NCBI GenBank assembly: GCA_965237525.1
Contig: CBDEFO010000001.1
Span: 32,001-96,000, forward strand
DNA: 64,000 nucleotides
Direction of reading: 5' to 3'
From: Candidatus Latescibacterota bacterium
Lineage (GTDB): Bacteria; Latescibacterota; CBDEFO01
The notes below the pieces were generated by a model. That model made no database searches, was not told the DNA's origin, and was given only the letters and a program-made list of their open reading frames with translations. Positions 32,272 through 41,115 of this stretch are shown here, one piece after another. Within the stretch, counting starts at the first letter, position 1. Every line of letters begins with the position of its first letter. Made by a program: the position numbers and the translations under genes.

Positions 32272-33573
32272 GGTTATTTATCAAATGAAATCGGTGCACT
32301 TCTCTTTCGATCTTTGATTGATCTTGAATGATAGGTTTTCGACAATCTTTGGTTTCTGTTCTTTTTCAAAATGGATGTATAATTGTTCTTCTTTTAGGTT
32401 CCATTCAGCCAGGACAAAGTAGTTGGTGTAAGAGGAGGGAAGAGATACTTTCTCATTTAGGACATCGATAAAGGCTTTATCTGTCTGTTCTGTGTCCTGT
32501 TTGACTTGTCTGATAAAATAGGTCTTGGGAATGAAATCTTTCTCGTTTGACTTCTCTTGCTTAGGTGGACGGTAGCCGGTGTATCTCTGTGATGAAAGAT
32601 TAAACCATTCTAACTTCTGATCAACTTCTTGTAAGCTTTTGAACTGAATTCTGTTCCAGAACTTCCTTGAAAATACAGAATTGTTGCCTTCTATAGATGC
32701 TTGAGAAAAGGGCCTTCTGGGAACGGCAAATATCGGAATCACTTGATTTTTCAAGAGAAACTGCATTGCTTTGCTGACATTCCTTTTACCTGAAACACTG
32801 CCAATAGTCGCCGAGCAATTGTCCACCTTAACGAAATCTGGTTTTTCAAACCTGTCAAAGAAAGACTGACACTTCTCGATAAAGTTAGTTGCTGTTTGAC
32901 CGTCAACCCGCCGAAAATACCTTAACTTAGGCTCTTTCTTAAAGGAAAATCCAACGAAGTTGACCGGCTCAGTTCTGCCGGTAAGATACTTTTTACCAAT
33001 AAAGTCTGATTCTAGGACTCTGCCTCCTAAAAGATAGTAAATGGTATACTCTGGATAACAAAGATAACGAGATGCACCCTTGTTTTTACCTTTCTTCCTT
33101 CTCTGGGAAAGTCCTAAATCTGAAAGCATTCTGCCGATAGTCGGCAACGACGGAGGAGGGGTGCTAGAATATCGATTCCTCCATTCTTGTTCAATAACAG
33201 TGGCTCCTGAATAGAACTGATAAGGATCGTCCTCTAAACTATGGTAAATCTCTTTGATTCTCTGTTCGTCAACTTTAGCCAATTTTCGCCTTTTTCCTTT
33301 TGGCCAACCCCGATTATCTATGGCAAAATCCTGATCCGGAGATTTAGTCCAAGCTGTAACGAAATCATTGGAAACTCTCGCTTGTTTGATAACTTCTCGC
33401 TTTGACATTTCTTTCTTAAAATACATCTCGTTGACTTCTTGTCTTAATACGGCCAATCTCTCTTTGTCCATAGGACTCCGTAGATTAAAGTTAAGACAAT
33501 CAACTCAACTTAATCTACTAATACTCTAAACAAAGATCAAATTAGGTGCACCGATTTCATTTGATATTCAACC
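32272..33573 (-). mobile_element. IS481-like DDE insertion sequence, copy 1 (1302 bp)
   Basis: 28-bp imperfect TIR GGTT(GAA/ATT)TATCAAATGAAATCGGTGCAC; flanks GGTAGT/GGTAGC; near-identical to 57962-59263. Confidence 0.92.
32281..33471 (-). CDS. DDE transposase (HTH plus rve-like integrase core)
   Basis: ESDF, KVDN and IEGNN acidic triad; stop codon lies inside the right TIR. Confidence 0.88.
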   Translation of the reverse strand: MDKERLAVLRQEVNEMYFKKEMSKREVIKQARVSNDFVTAWTKSPDQDFAIDNRGWPKGKRRKLAKVDEQRIKEIYHSLEDDPYQFYSGATVIEQEWRNRYSSTPPPSLPTIGRMLSDLGLSQRRKKGKNKGASRYLCYPEYTIYYLLGGRVLESDFIGKKYLTGRTEPVNFVGFSFKKEPKLRYFRRVDGQTATNFIEKCQSFFDRFEKPDFVKVDNCSATIGSVSGKRNVSKAMQFLLKNQVIPIFAVPRRPFSQASIEGNNSVFSRKFWNRIQFKSLQEVDQKLEWFNLSSQRYTGYRPPKQEKSNEKDFIPKTYFIRQVKQDTEQTDKAFIDVLNEKVSLPSSYTNYFVLAEWNLKEEQLYIHFEKEQKPKIVENLSFKINQRSKEKCTDFI

Positions 33574-34652
33574 GGTAGCTCGTAGTAACCGTCCACAATC
33601 TTAAGCGGCTTCTTCTGGACCTTGTCGTGCCAGGGCATGTCATGCGCCGTCTCAAGAATCTGGAAGTTCGGCACCGCCGCACAGAGATGCAGGCTGGCTG
33701 CGCAGGCCACCGGGCCATTGGGATTGTGTGGTGCCAAGGTGATGTGCTCCGTTTCAGCCGCAGCCGCAATGCGTCGGAGTTCCGAGATGCCACCGCCATG
33801 GCAGATATCGGGTTGAATCACGTCGACCAGCCTGCGCGCAAGAAGGTCCTTAAAGTCCCATCGGAAGTAGAGGCGCTCTCCTGTCGCCAGATCAGTGTGT
33901 AACCTGGCCCTGCGGACAAGTTCGAGCGAGTCGAGGTTCTCCTGCGGCACCGGCTCTTCAAAGAAGAGGACATCTAAATCATCAATCGCCTTGATCAGTC
34001 TTATTGCTGCACTCGGACGAGATCGGCCATGATTGTCGATCATGATGTCGATGTCGGGGCCGACTTCGGCACGCATCGCCTTGATCTTCTCGCGCAGCGC
34101 GTCTGGAATCTCTTTCTCCTTAGTTTCATCTGTGTCGGTAATCCACCCTGCGGTCTTGAACGCTGTGAAGCCTTTGTCAACAACCTCACACGCTTCTAAC
34201 GGATCCAGTGCGTGGGAGTACGCCCGGACGCGATCTCGCACAGCGCCGCCGAGCAATTTGTAAACGGGCTGGCCATATACCTTACCGGTGATGTCCCACA
34301 GGGCCTGATCGATCGCGGAGATCGCAGAGCCAAGCACGACGCCGCCTTTCCAGAAGCCATGGCGGTACAGCGCCTGCCACAGCTTCTCGATCTGCGTAGG
34401 ATCGCGCCCTTCAATGCGGTTCGAAATAGCGTGGATCGCGGCTTCAGCGGCAAGCTCATGACCCTCAAGCGTGCCCTCACCCCAGCCATAAATCCCTTCG
34501 TCTGTTATGATCTTGACGAACAACCACTGGCGGTCGATTCCCTCCATCAGAAAGGTCGTAACGTCTGTGATCTTCATATCCTCCATCTCCCTATCTACGC
34601 GCTCTATTTGTACAGCGTCATAGCAACGTTGACCCTGCTCACGACAGATGAT

Positions 34653-35369
34653 TCAGCCCGTCGGCCTTTTGAAGTAATTCTCAAGCTGTTCCAGTGGCTG
34701 ATACCCCAGAATCCTTTGAGCCTTGTCCACAAGATACTTTCCTTGACCGAGATAGCTCAGCATGTTGAATATCTGGAAATAACCGGGGACTTCCTCTATC
34801 TCCAGCGCCAGGCGACAGGCGTGCTGGAGATCTTCCCACACAATCGTGAAGAAGGAGAAGTCCTTCTTCAACACAGGCTCTGTCGGCTTAGCACCGAGGC
34901 CATGAAACAAAAAACAGACGGTATGTATGCCATAGGTTCGTGCGTAAATCTTGCATATCTCAAGGCTGAGATACTTGGTGATTGTGTAGTAGCCTGTGCC
35001 CGGAGATGGCGGCACATCGTCTATCTCAAATTCGAGGTTATAGGCAGGTATGACAAGCTCTGGGCCGGTGTGGACCACTTTCTTGATTCCGTGCTCTGCC
35101 GCAGCCTTCATCACATGATACGCACCCTTGGTGTTCACCTCGAAGCTCAAGACGGGATCGTGGCGAACCACCGTAAAGTTCATAATTGCATCCATGCCAC
35201 GAGATGCCTCCAACACCTGCTCGTAAGATGTGACGTCAACGGTTTTGATGGGCTTTCCGTCAGAATGTGGCTTTATATCAGTAAGGTGGAGGCGATAGTC
35301 CGACTCGAGTCCCGGCGTGACATAAGGCATTATCAAACCAGATGCTCCCAGTACAAGGACATCCTTCAT
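34653..35369 (-). CDS. Extended SDR / NAD-dependent epimerase, type B paralog 2
   Basis: LGASGLI, FEVNTKG, YTITK. Confidence 0.87.
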   Translation of the reverse strand: MKDVLVLGASGLIMPYVTPGLESDYRLHLTDIKPHSDGKPIKTVDVTSYEQVLEASRGMDAIMNFTVVRHDPVLSFEVNTKGAYHVMKAAAEHGIKKVVHTGPELVIPAYNLEFEIDDVPPSPGTGYYTITKYLSLEICKIYARTYGIHTVCFLFHGLGAKPTEPVLKKDFSFFTIVWEDLQHACRLALEIEEVPGYFQIFNMLSYLGQGKYLVDKAQRILGYQPLEQLENYFKRPTG

Positions 35370-35437
35370 AGCAATGATTGCCTCCTTACTTATGCAATCT
35401 GCTCATCCAGCGTCGTAAGATGGACGATTAGTTGATC

Positions 35438-36157
35438 TTAAGAAGTTGTCGGTCTTTTGAAGTACTGCTCAACCTGTTCCAGTGACTGATACCCTAGAAT
35501 TCTCCAAGCTTTGTCCACAAGGTACTTCCCGTGACCAAGATAGCTCAACATGTTGAATATCTGAAACTGATCGGGTACTTCCTCTATCTCCAGTGCCAGA
35601 CGACAAGCGTGCTGAAGATCCTCCCACACAATCGTGAAGGGAGGAAAGTCCTTCTTTAACACAGGTTCTTTCGGCTTGAAATCGAGGCCGTTGAACACAA
35701 AACAGACAGTCTGGATGCCGTAAGCCCGTGCGTAAATTTTGCAGATTTCAAAGCTGAGATACTTGGTGATGTAGTAGTATCCCGTGCCCGGTGTTCTCGG
35801 TACATCGTCTATGTCAAATTCGTGGCCGTACGTGTGTCGGATCATCTGTGGACCCGTATGGACCACTTTCTTGATTCCGTGCTCTGCCGCAGCCTTCATC
35901 ACATGATACGCACCCTTGGTGTTCACCTCGAAGCTCAAGACGGGATCGTGGCGAACCACCGTAAAGTTCATAATTGCGTCCATGCCACGAGATGCCTCCA
36001 ACACCTGCTCGTAAGATGTGACGTCAACGGTTTTGATGGGCTTTCCGTCAGAATGTGGCTTTATATCAGCAAGGTGCAGGCGATAGTCCGACTCGAGTCC
36101 CGGCGTGACATAAGGCATTATCAAACCAGATGCTCCCAGTACAAGGACATCCTTCAT
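35438..36157 (-). CDS. Extended SDR / NAD-dependent epimerase, type B paralog 1
   Basis: LGASGLI, FEVNTKG, YYITK; first ~102 aa almost identical to the neighbour. Confidence 0.87.
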   Translation of the reverse strand: MKDVLVLGASGLIMPYVTPGLESDYRLHLADIKPHSDGKPIKTVDVTSYEQVLEASRGMDAIMNFTVVRHDPVLSFEVNTKGAYHVMKAAAEHGIKKVVHTGPQMIRHTYGHEFDIDDVPRTPGTGYYYITKYLSFEICKIYARAYGIQTVCFVFNGLDFKPKEPVLKKDFPPFTIVWEDLQHACRLALEIEEVPDQFQIFNMLSYLGHGKYLVDKAWRILGYQSLEQVEQYFKRPTTS

Positions 36158-36186
36158 ATCAATAACTCCCTATCTGTGCGACCTGT

Positions 36187-36936
36187 TCATTCTGAGTCGT
36201 AATGCGCGCTGAAGTTGTGAGTGGGCTGATACCCGAGCCCCTGCGCGCTATCTATCAGGAACTTAGGATTGGGAATGTCGGCACAGATATGGAACAGACC
36301 CCAGCGACCCGCCCACTTGATAGAGTTGCTGGTATCTAGGTCGAGGGCACATCGAAATGCGTGCGCCGCATCCCTCAAATCGAGCCACATCAGGTCAGGG
36401 GTATCTTGCTCCACTTCTTCCTCCACTACTAACTCTCCGAGTCGGAGACAGGTCACAGTGACCATGTAATCTCGCGCAAACTCTCGACAGGTCAATTCCC
36501 CCAGATATGTTGTCATCTCTTCCATTTCAGGCGAGGGAAGTGGCTTCCACATCTCACTGATATAGACATCGTCGGGATAGGTGCCAAAGACTGCCAAGGT
36601 CCCTGTACAGATCAGCTTCTTGACACCAGCCGAAATGGCAGCATCGAAAATGTTGTAGCTTCCCCTTGTCGCAAGATCAAGCAACATCTCTTCTCGCTTC
36701 AGTTCATCATCTGGATGTCCTGGTGGAGGTTCCCCTGTGTGAATCAAGGCGTCGATCCCTCGCACAGCTTTCCAAGCATCGTCAGGATCCAGGAGACTTC
36801 CCTGTACACATTCAAAATTATCACCCTCAGTATCAACCGGGACAGTGTCCACAAGACGCAGGTTATGGTCTTTGCCCAATTCCTCCGCAATTGCACGCCC
36901 AAGGCGGCTGGATGCTCCTGTTATCAGTATCTTCAC
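36187..36936 (-). CDS. Extended SDR, type A (YxxxK absent)
   Basis: ITGASSRLG, DALIHTG; homologous to 9815-10525 but has MEEMTTYLGE where that gene has PYILGKHLGE. Confidence 0.83.
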   Translation of the reverse strand: MKILITGASSRLGRAIAEELGKDHNLRLVDTVPVDTEGDNFECVQGSLLDPDDAWKAVRGIDALIHTGEPPPGHPDDELKREEMLLDLATRGSYNIFDAAISAGVKKLICTGTLAVFGTYPDDVYISEMWKPLPSPEMEEMTTYLGELTCREFARDYMVTVTCLRLGELVVEEEVEQDTPDLMWLDLRDAAHAFRCALDLDTSNSIKWAGRWGLFHICADIPNPKFLIDSAQGLGYQPTHNFSAHYDSE

Positions 36937-37366
36937 GTAGTCCTCCTGCTTCCAAAGGTATGCTCTTTGTCATCCCACAATCTGGATCAACAGAGTTCTG
37001 ATAGTTCCTCTGTCTACTCCTAATATTGCCTAATATGCCAAGGTCAGAACATACGTTCCTCTCATGCAAAAGTCAAGTCAATTCCTACATAATTGTCTCG
37101 AATCTGAATGATGCTTCCCGCTGGATATTGATATCAAGCCCAGAGGGATTCAAATCCCAAACCTTAAACTGAAAACTGTCTATCCTATTCAGGTTGCTCA
37201 TCATCGTTGACAAATGCCTATTTATGCTTCTGCGGTTTGCGAGCCTGTTCTTTAACTTCGTTGACACCTTCTGCAAGGGATACAGCGGCATTACTCCTGT
37301 ACTAGAGAGGGGATTAGTATAGCGCGCCGGGCTGGTGAAGTGGTCGGAAGAAGGTGTAAAAAAAGC

Positions 37367-37395
37367 TTGACACTATTACTTAGGAGAGCTATTTT
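37367..37395 (+). promoter_or_regulatory. Sigma70-type promoter for the signalling operon
   Basis: TTGACA-17 bp-TATTTT, about 200 nt upstream of 37598. Confidence 0.6.
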
Positions 37396-37597
37396 CATGC
37401 CTGATACATTCAGCTTGGCTCGGGCAAGAAATCTGTATCTTCTAAGAAATTGATCAGCTACATACTTAAAATATCTGAAGCACTTGCCCCGAAGCTTCTC
37501 AAACGACTAGAGTAGCAACCTGTGAATTTAGAAGTCCAAATCAACAGTAGGGATCTCAAACCGAGCGGATAGCACAGTACATTTAGAGGAGTCGACC

Positions 37598-38077
37598 ATG
37601 ATTACCGGCAAGATTATGAAGTTCTTAGAAGACCAGGCGACGGTTGCCATCTGTGGCACCAGAGACGAGTACCTCATCCCGCATCTTCACCGAGTGTCAG
37701 GATGGCGCGTCGATCCAGACCAGCAAACGATCAGCTGCTCCATCCCGGAAAACTTTACCAAAGATCTGATCAGCTCGCTCGAAGACAACGGTCAGTTCGC
37801 CCTGACGGTCGAACAGATCGGTTCACACGAGACCTATCAATTCAAGGGAGAATATGTTGACTCCGGGCCGTGCGACGAAGCCGACATCGTCGCCTTCGAG
37901 CAATGCAGGGAGCGGTTCGGAAAAATCGTCAGCAGTTTATTCGGTTTATCCGAGGAAGTAACCCAGGCCTACATCCAAAAACCGAGCATTGTCATAAGTT
38001 TCAAAGTGCGGGAGATCTTCCTTCAAACGCCTGGACCCGGTGCTGGTCACAAGCTCGTACCGGCGGCGGAGGCATGA
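37598..38077 (+). CDS. Pyridoxamine 5'-phosphate oxidase-like (FMN-binding split barrel) protein
   Basis: GTRD...PH..RVSG, NGQFALT, HETYQFKG, FLQTPGPGAG. Confidence 0.8.
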   Translation: MITGKIMKFLEDQATVAICGTRDEYLIPHLHRVSGWRVDPDQQTISCSIPENFTKDLISSLEDNGQFALTVEQIGSHETYQFKGEYVDSGPCDEADIVAFEQCRERFGKIVSSLFGLSEEVTQAYIQKPSIVISFKVREIFLQTPGPGAGHKLVPAAEA

Positions 38078-38499
38078 TGAAAGAGGCCAAGCTCCCGGAG
38101 GAAATCAAGCCGGTGATGCAGAACGGATTACCCGCATTGCTGGCAACCTGTTCGGCAGAAGGCATCCCCAACGCGACGATTCTTTCCCAGGTGTATTACG
38201 TGGATAGGACGCATGTTGCGCTCTCCTTTCAGTTCTTCAACAAGACAAGCCGCAATGTCATGGAGAACCCGCACGCGTGCGTTTGTTTGAACGATTTAGA
38301 GGGCTACGCCAACTGGATCCTCTATATCCAATACGACCACTCGGAGACCGAAGGGCCGATATTCGATGAGATGGACATGCAGATCGAAGCCATCGCTTCG
38401 GCGACGGGAATGTCCGGAATCTTCAAGCTGAAAGCGGCGGATATTTACCGGGTGAAATCCGTCGAGAAGATGGCCTACGGGCCGACGTCTTCTGGGTAA
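38074..38499 (+). CDS. Second PNPOx-like protein (resembles the N-terminal domain of PNPOx-GAF fusion proteins)
   Basis: ATGA overlap with the previous gene; LATCSAEGIPN, SQVYYVD.THVALSFQFFNKT.RN, IASATGMSGIFKL..ADIYRV. Confidence 0.82.
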   Translation: MMKEAKLPEEIKPVMQNGLPALLATCSAEGIPNATILSQVYYVDRTHVALSFQFFNKTSRNVMENPHACVCLNDLEGYANWILYIQYDHSETEGPIFDEMDMQIEAIASATGMSGIFKLKAADIYRVKSVEKMAYGPTSSG

Positions 38500-38505
38500 T
38501 GTCCG

Positions 38506-39975
38506 ATGGCTGAAAAGAAAGCAAATAGCGACAAACTCCTAGACGAACTCGCTCGAAAGGCGGCGGAAGTCAGCGTCCTTCGACAGGTCTCGTTGGAGAT
38601 AAATTCGACGCTCAACCGCGACGAGATATTCGACATTGTCCTGCGCACGATGGACGAGCTCTTCGATTTTCACCATTCGATTATCCTACTGCTCGAGGAC
38701 TCCGGGGAAACGCTCAGGGTCGTTGCAAGCCGCGGCTACGAGGGTCAGGCACTCGGTGCAGAGGCTGCAGTAGGTACCGGGGTCATCGGTATGGTCGCCA
38801 AAAGGCGCAGGCTGATGCGGCTCAGCAACATGAGCCGGCAGCGGGCGTACGCTTCGACTATCCGCAGGCAGATGGAGCAGGCCGGAAGGGTTCAGGAACT
38901 TGACAAGGTTGTTCAGGTCCCAGGGCTGGCAAACGCCGAGAGCCAGACCGCAATCCCTCTCATGATTAAGGACACGCTCATCGCCGTCTTTTCCATCGAA
39001 AGTAGCCAACAGAGAACATTCAGTGAGAGCGACGAGATTTTGGTAACGATCGTAGCCAATCAGGCTGCCAGCGCGATTCAAAACGCACGCTCGTATATGC
39101 TTGCCGAAGAACGGCTAAGGGAGTTGAATAAGGCTAATGATGCTCTTGCTCAACTTAACGAGAGCCTCGAAGAAAGAGTGCGGCAACGAACCAGGGAACT
39201 TTCCAATACTCTCCGGGAACTGACGGAAACCCAGAATCAGCTTGTCCTGCGGGAAAAGATGGCATCTCTCGGCAATCTGGTCGCCGGCATCGCCCACGAA
39301 ATCAACAGCCCCATCGGCGCGGTGAACAGCGCAGCGGATGTCTCTCAGCAATGCATCGCCAAAATCGAATCCGTTTTAGCTCCTCAAAGCGACGAAGAGT
39401 TTAAAAAACCGTTGGCATTGTTGAGAGACAGCGTGGAGGTCACGCTTACCGCCGGAGAACGTATTGACACTCTGGTAAAAAGCCTGAAGAACTTCGCCCG
39501 TCTGGACAAAGCAGAGTTTCAAAGGTTCGATCTCCACGACGGTCTCGACAGCACACTGACCCTGATTCAGTCTGAGTTGCACGGGCGAATTGCCATTGTG
39601 AAAGAATATGAAAGTATACCGCAAATCTATTGTTCCCCCGCTCAAATCAACCAGGTCTTTATGAGTATACTGCTTAACGCAGCCGAGGCTATTGAGGATA
39701 CTGGCACCATCCGTATTAAGACCTTCTTAGAGGACGACCATATTCATGTGCAGATTTCCGATACCGGCAAGGGTATTCCTCCTGAAAAGTTAGAAAAGAT
39801 TTTTGATTTTGGTTTTTCTAGAGACAGATCGCGGGTAAAGATGCAAGTGGGTTTATCGACTTCTTATAGTATTGTTCAAAAGCACAGTGGAGATATCAGG
39901 GTGGAAAGCACAGTGGGGAGTGGGAGTAGGTTTACAGTGGTGCTACCAATCGATCAACCCATAATAGATAAATGA
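38506..39975 (+). CDS. GAF-domain sensor histidine kinase
   Basis: GAF (VGTGVIGMVA, AIPL, VANQAASAI), coiled coil, H-box IAHEINSPIG, N-box QVFMSILLNA, G1 DTGKGI; G2 box degenerate (MQVGLS). Confidence 0.9.
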   Translation: MAEKKANSDKLLDELARKAAEVSVLRQVSLEINSTLNRDEIFDIVLRTMDELFDFHHSIILLLEDSGETLRVVASRGYEGQALGAEAAVGTGVIGMVAKRRRLMRLSNMSRQRAYASTIRRQMEQAGRVQELDKVVQVPGLANAESQTAIPLMIKDTLIAVFSIESSQQRTFSESDEILVTIVANQAASAIQNARSYMLAEERLRELNKANDALAQLNESLEERVRQRTRELSNTLRELTETQNQLVLREKMASLGNLVAGIAHEINSPIGAVNSAADVSQQCIAKIESVLAPQSDEEFKKPLALLRDSVEVTLTAGERIDTLVKSLKNFARLDKAEFQRFDLHDGLDSTLTLIQSELHGRIAIVKEYESIPQIYCSPAQINQVFMSILLNAAEAIEDTGTIRIKTFLEDDHIHVQISDTGKGIPPEKLEKIFDFGFSRDRSRVKMQVGLSTSYSIVQKHSGDIRVESTVGSGSRFTVVLPIDQPIIDK

Positions 39976-39990
39976 AAGGGAGAGAAAACG

Positions 39991-40548
39991 ATGTCGCGAT
40001 TCAAACAGATCGAACGTCCGGATAACCCGGAATTAGAAGCCCTCTATAAAGAAGTTATGGAATTTGGTTTTGTTGGCAGTGAGGGTGACGCACCCAAGAA
40101 TTTTTTCACCTCCTTATCCGAACGTCCAGATCTTCTGGCAGCGACATAGGCACTGTTCAAAGGGGTAGTACTGCAGGGAGAACTTCCTCCTACAGTGAAG
40201 CAGATGATCGGTATGACGATCGCCATGCAAAACGATTGTCGATATTGCAAGGTGGCGCATACGAATGCGTTGGAAGCCATGGGAGTTCCCACAGAGGTAA
40301 TTCAAAGCTGTGCGAGCGATCCCAAGTTGACTCACGTTCCTCCTCCACAGCGCGCGATTCTCCAATTTGCCCTCAAAACCGCGCGAAATCCAAAATCGGT
40401 GACTGATGATGACTTTCAAACCCTTCGGAATCAGGGCTTGAGCGACGGAGAGATCATGGAAGTGATTATGATGGCTGCCTCTACCAACTTCATTGATCTC
40501 TGGGCAGACATGAGTAGAATCCAGGTAGACGGAGAAGAGGAATCTTGA
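39991..40548 (+). pseudogene. AhpD/carboxymuconolactone-decarboxylase-like protein with an in-frame TAG at 40147-40149
   Basis: MSRFKQIE start; LAAT*ALFKG aligns with LTATWTLVKG of the next gene; NDCRYCKVAH motif. Confidence 0.82.
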
Positions 40549-40563
40549 TGAAAGAAGAAAAAG

Positions 40564-41115
40564 ATGTCACGATTTCAACAGATTCAAAGTCCATCAAATA
40601 GCCCGGAACTCGAAATTCTCTACAAGGAAATTGTCGAAAGCGGTTTTGGGAAAGACGCTCCCGTTAACTGGTTCACGGCCCAATGTAAGCGACCCGATAT
40701 CCTAACAGCGACTTGGACGCTGGTTAAAGGAATACTGTTGGGGGGATTGCTTCCTCCTACGATAAAGCAGATGATCATCGTGTTAATATCGACAGACAAC
40801 AATTGTCGATATTGCACAGTTGTCCATACCCAGGCGCTGGAAGCCATGGGAGTTCCCACAGAAGTGATCGACAGCCTCACAACAGACCTCAACCTAGCTG
40901 AAGTCACCCCTCCCCAGCGTGCGATTCTCAAATTTGCTCTCAAAACGGCACAGGAACCCCAATCAATAACCGATGCCGACTTCCAGACCCTGCAGGATTA
41001 TGGTTTAAGTGATGGGGAGATCATGGAAGTGGTCATGATGGCTGCCTTTACCAACTTTATCAATACCTGGGCAGAAGTAAGTGGCGTTGAAATAGATGTA
41101 GAGGAGATATCATGA
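40564..41115 (+). CDS. AhpD/peroxidase-related CxxC protein
   Basis: NNCRYCTVVH core motif; GLSDGEIMEVV..AAFTNFIN. Confidence 0.88.
   Translation: MSRFQQIQSPSNSPELEILYKEIVESGFGKDAPVNWFTAQCKRPDILTATWTLVKGILLGGLLPPTIKQMIIVLISTDNNCRYCTVVHTQALEAMGVPTEVIDSLTTDLNLAEVTPPQRAILKFALKTAQEPQSITDADFQTLQDYGLSDGEIMEVVMMAAFTNFINTWAEVSGVEIDVEEIS

Larger units (their letters stand above)
32145..34586 (-). pseudogene. dgoD: Galactonate dehydratase-like enolase-superfamily enzyme interrupted by an IS near its 3' end
   Basis: GIYGWGE, DQALWDI.GK, D.H, FFEEP, TGERL, QPDICHGGGI, APHNP; after IS removal it reads GYYELPTEPGLGIDLDEE...VADV*. Confidence 0.85.

Noticed and set aside
34212..35435. 407-aa plus-strand ORF
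   Set aside because: Antisense shadow of dgoD and the SDR gene; no recognisable motifs
37870..38073. N-terminal extension of the second PNPOx ORF
   Set aside because: Overlaps the upstream gene; the real start is the ATGA-coupled ATG at 38074 with a GGAGG RBS
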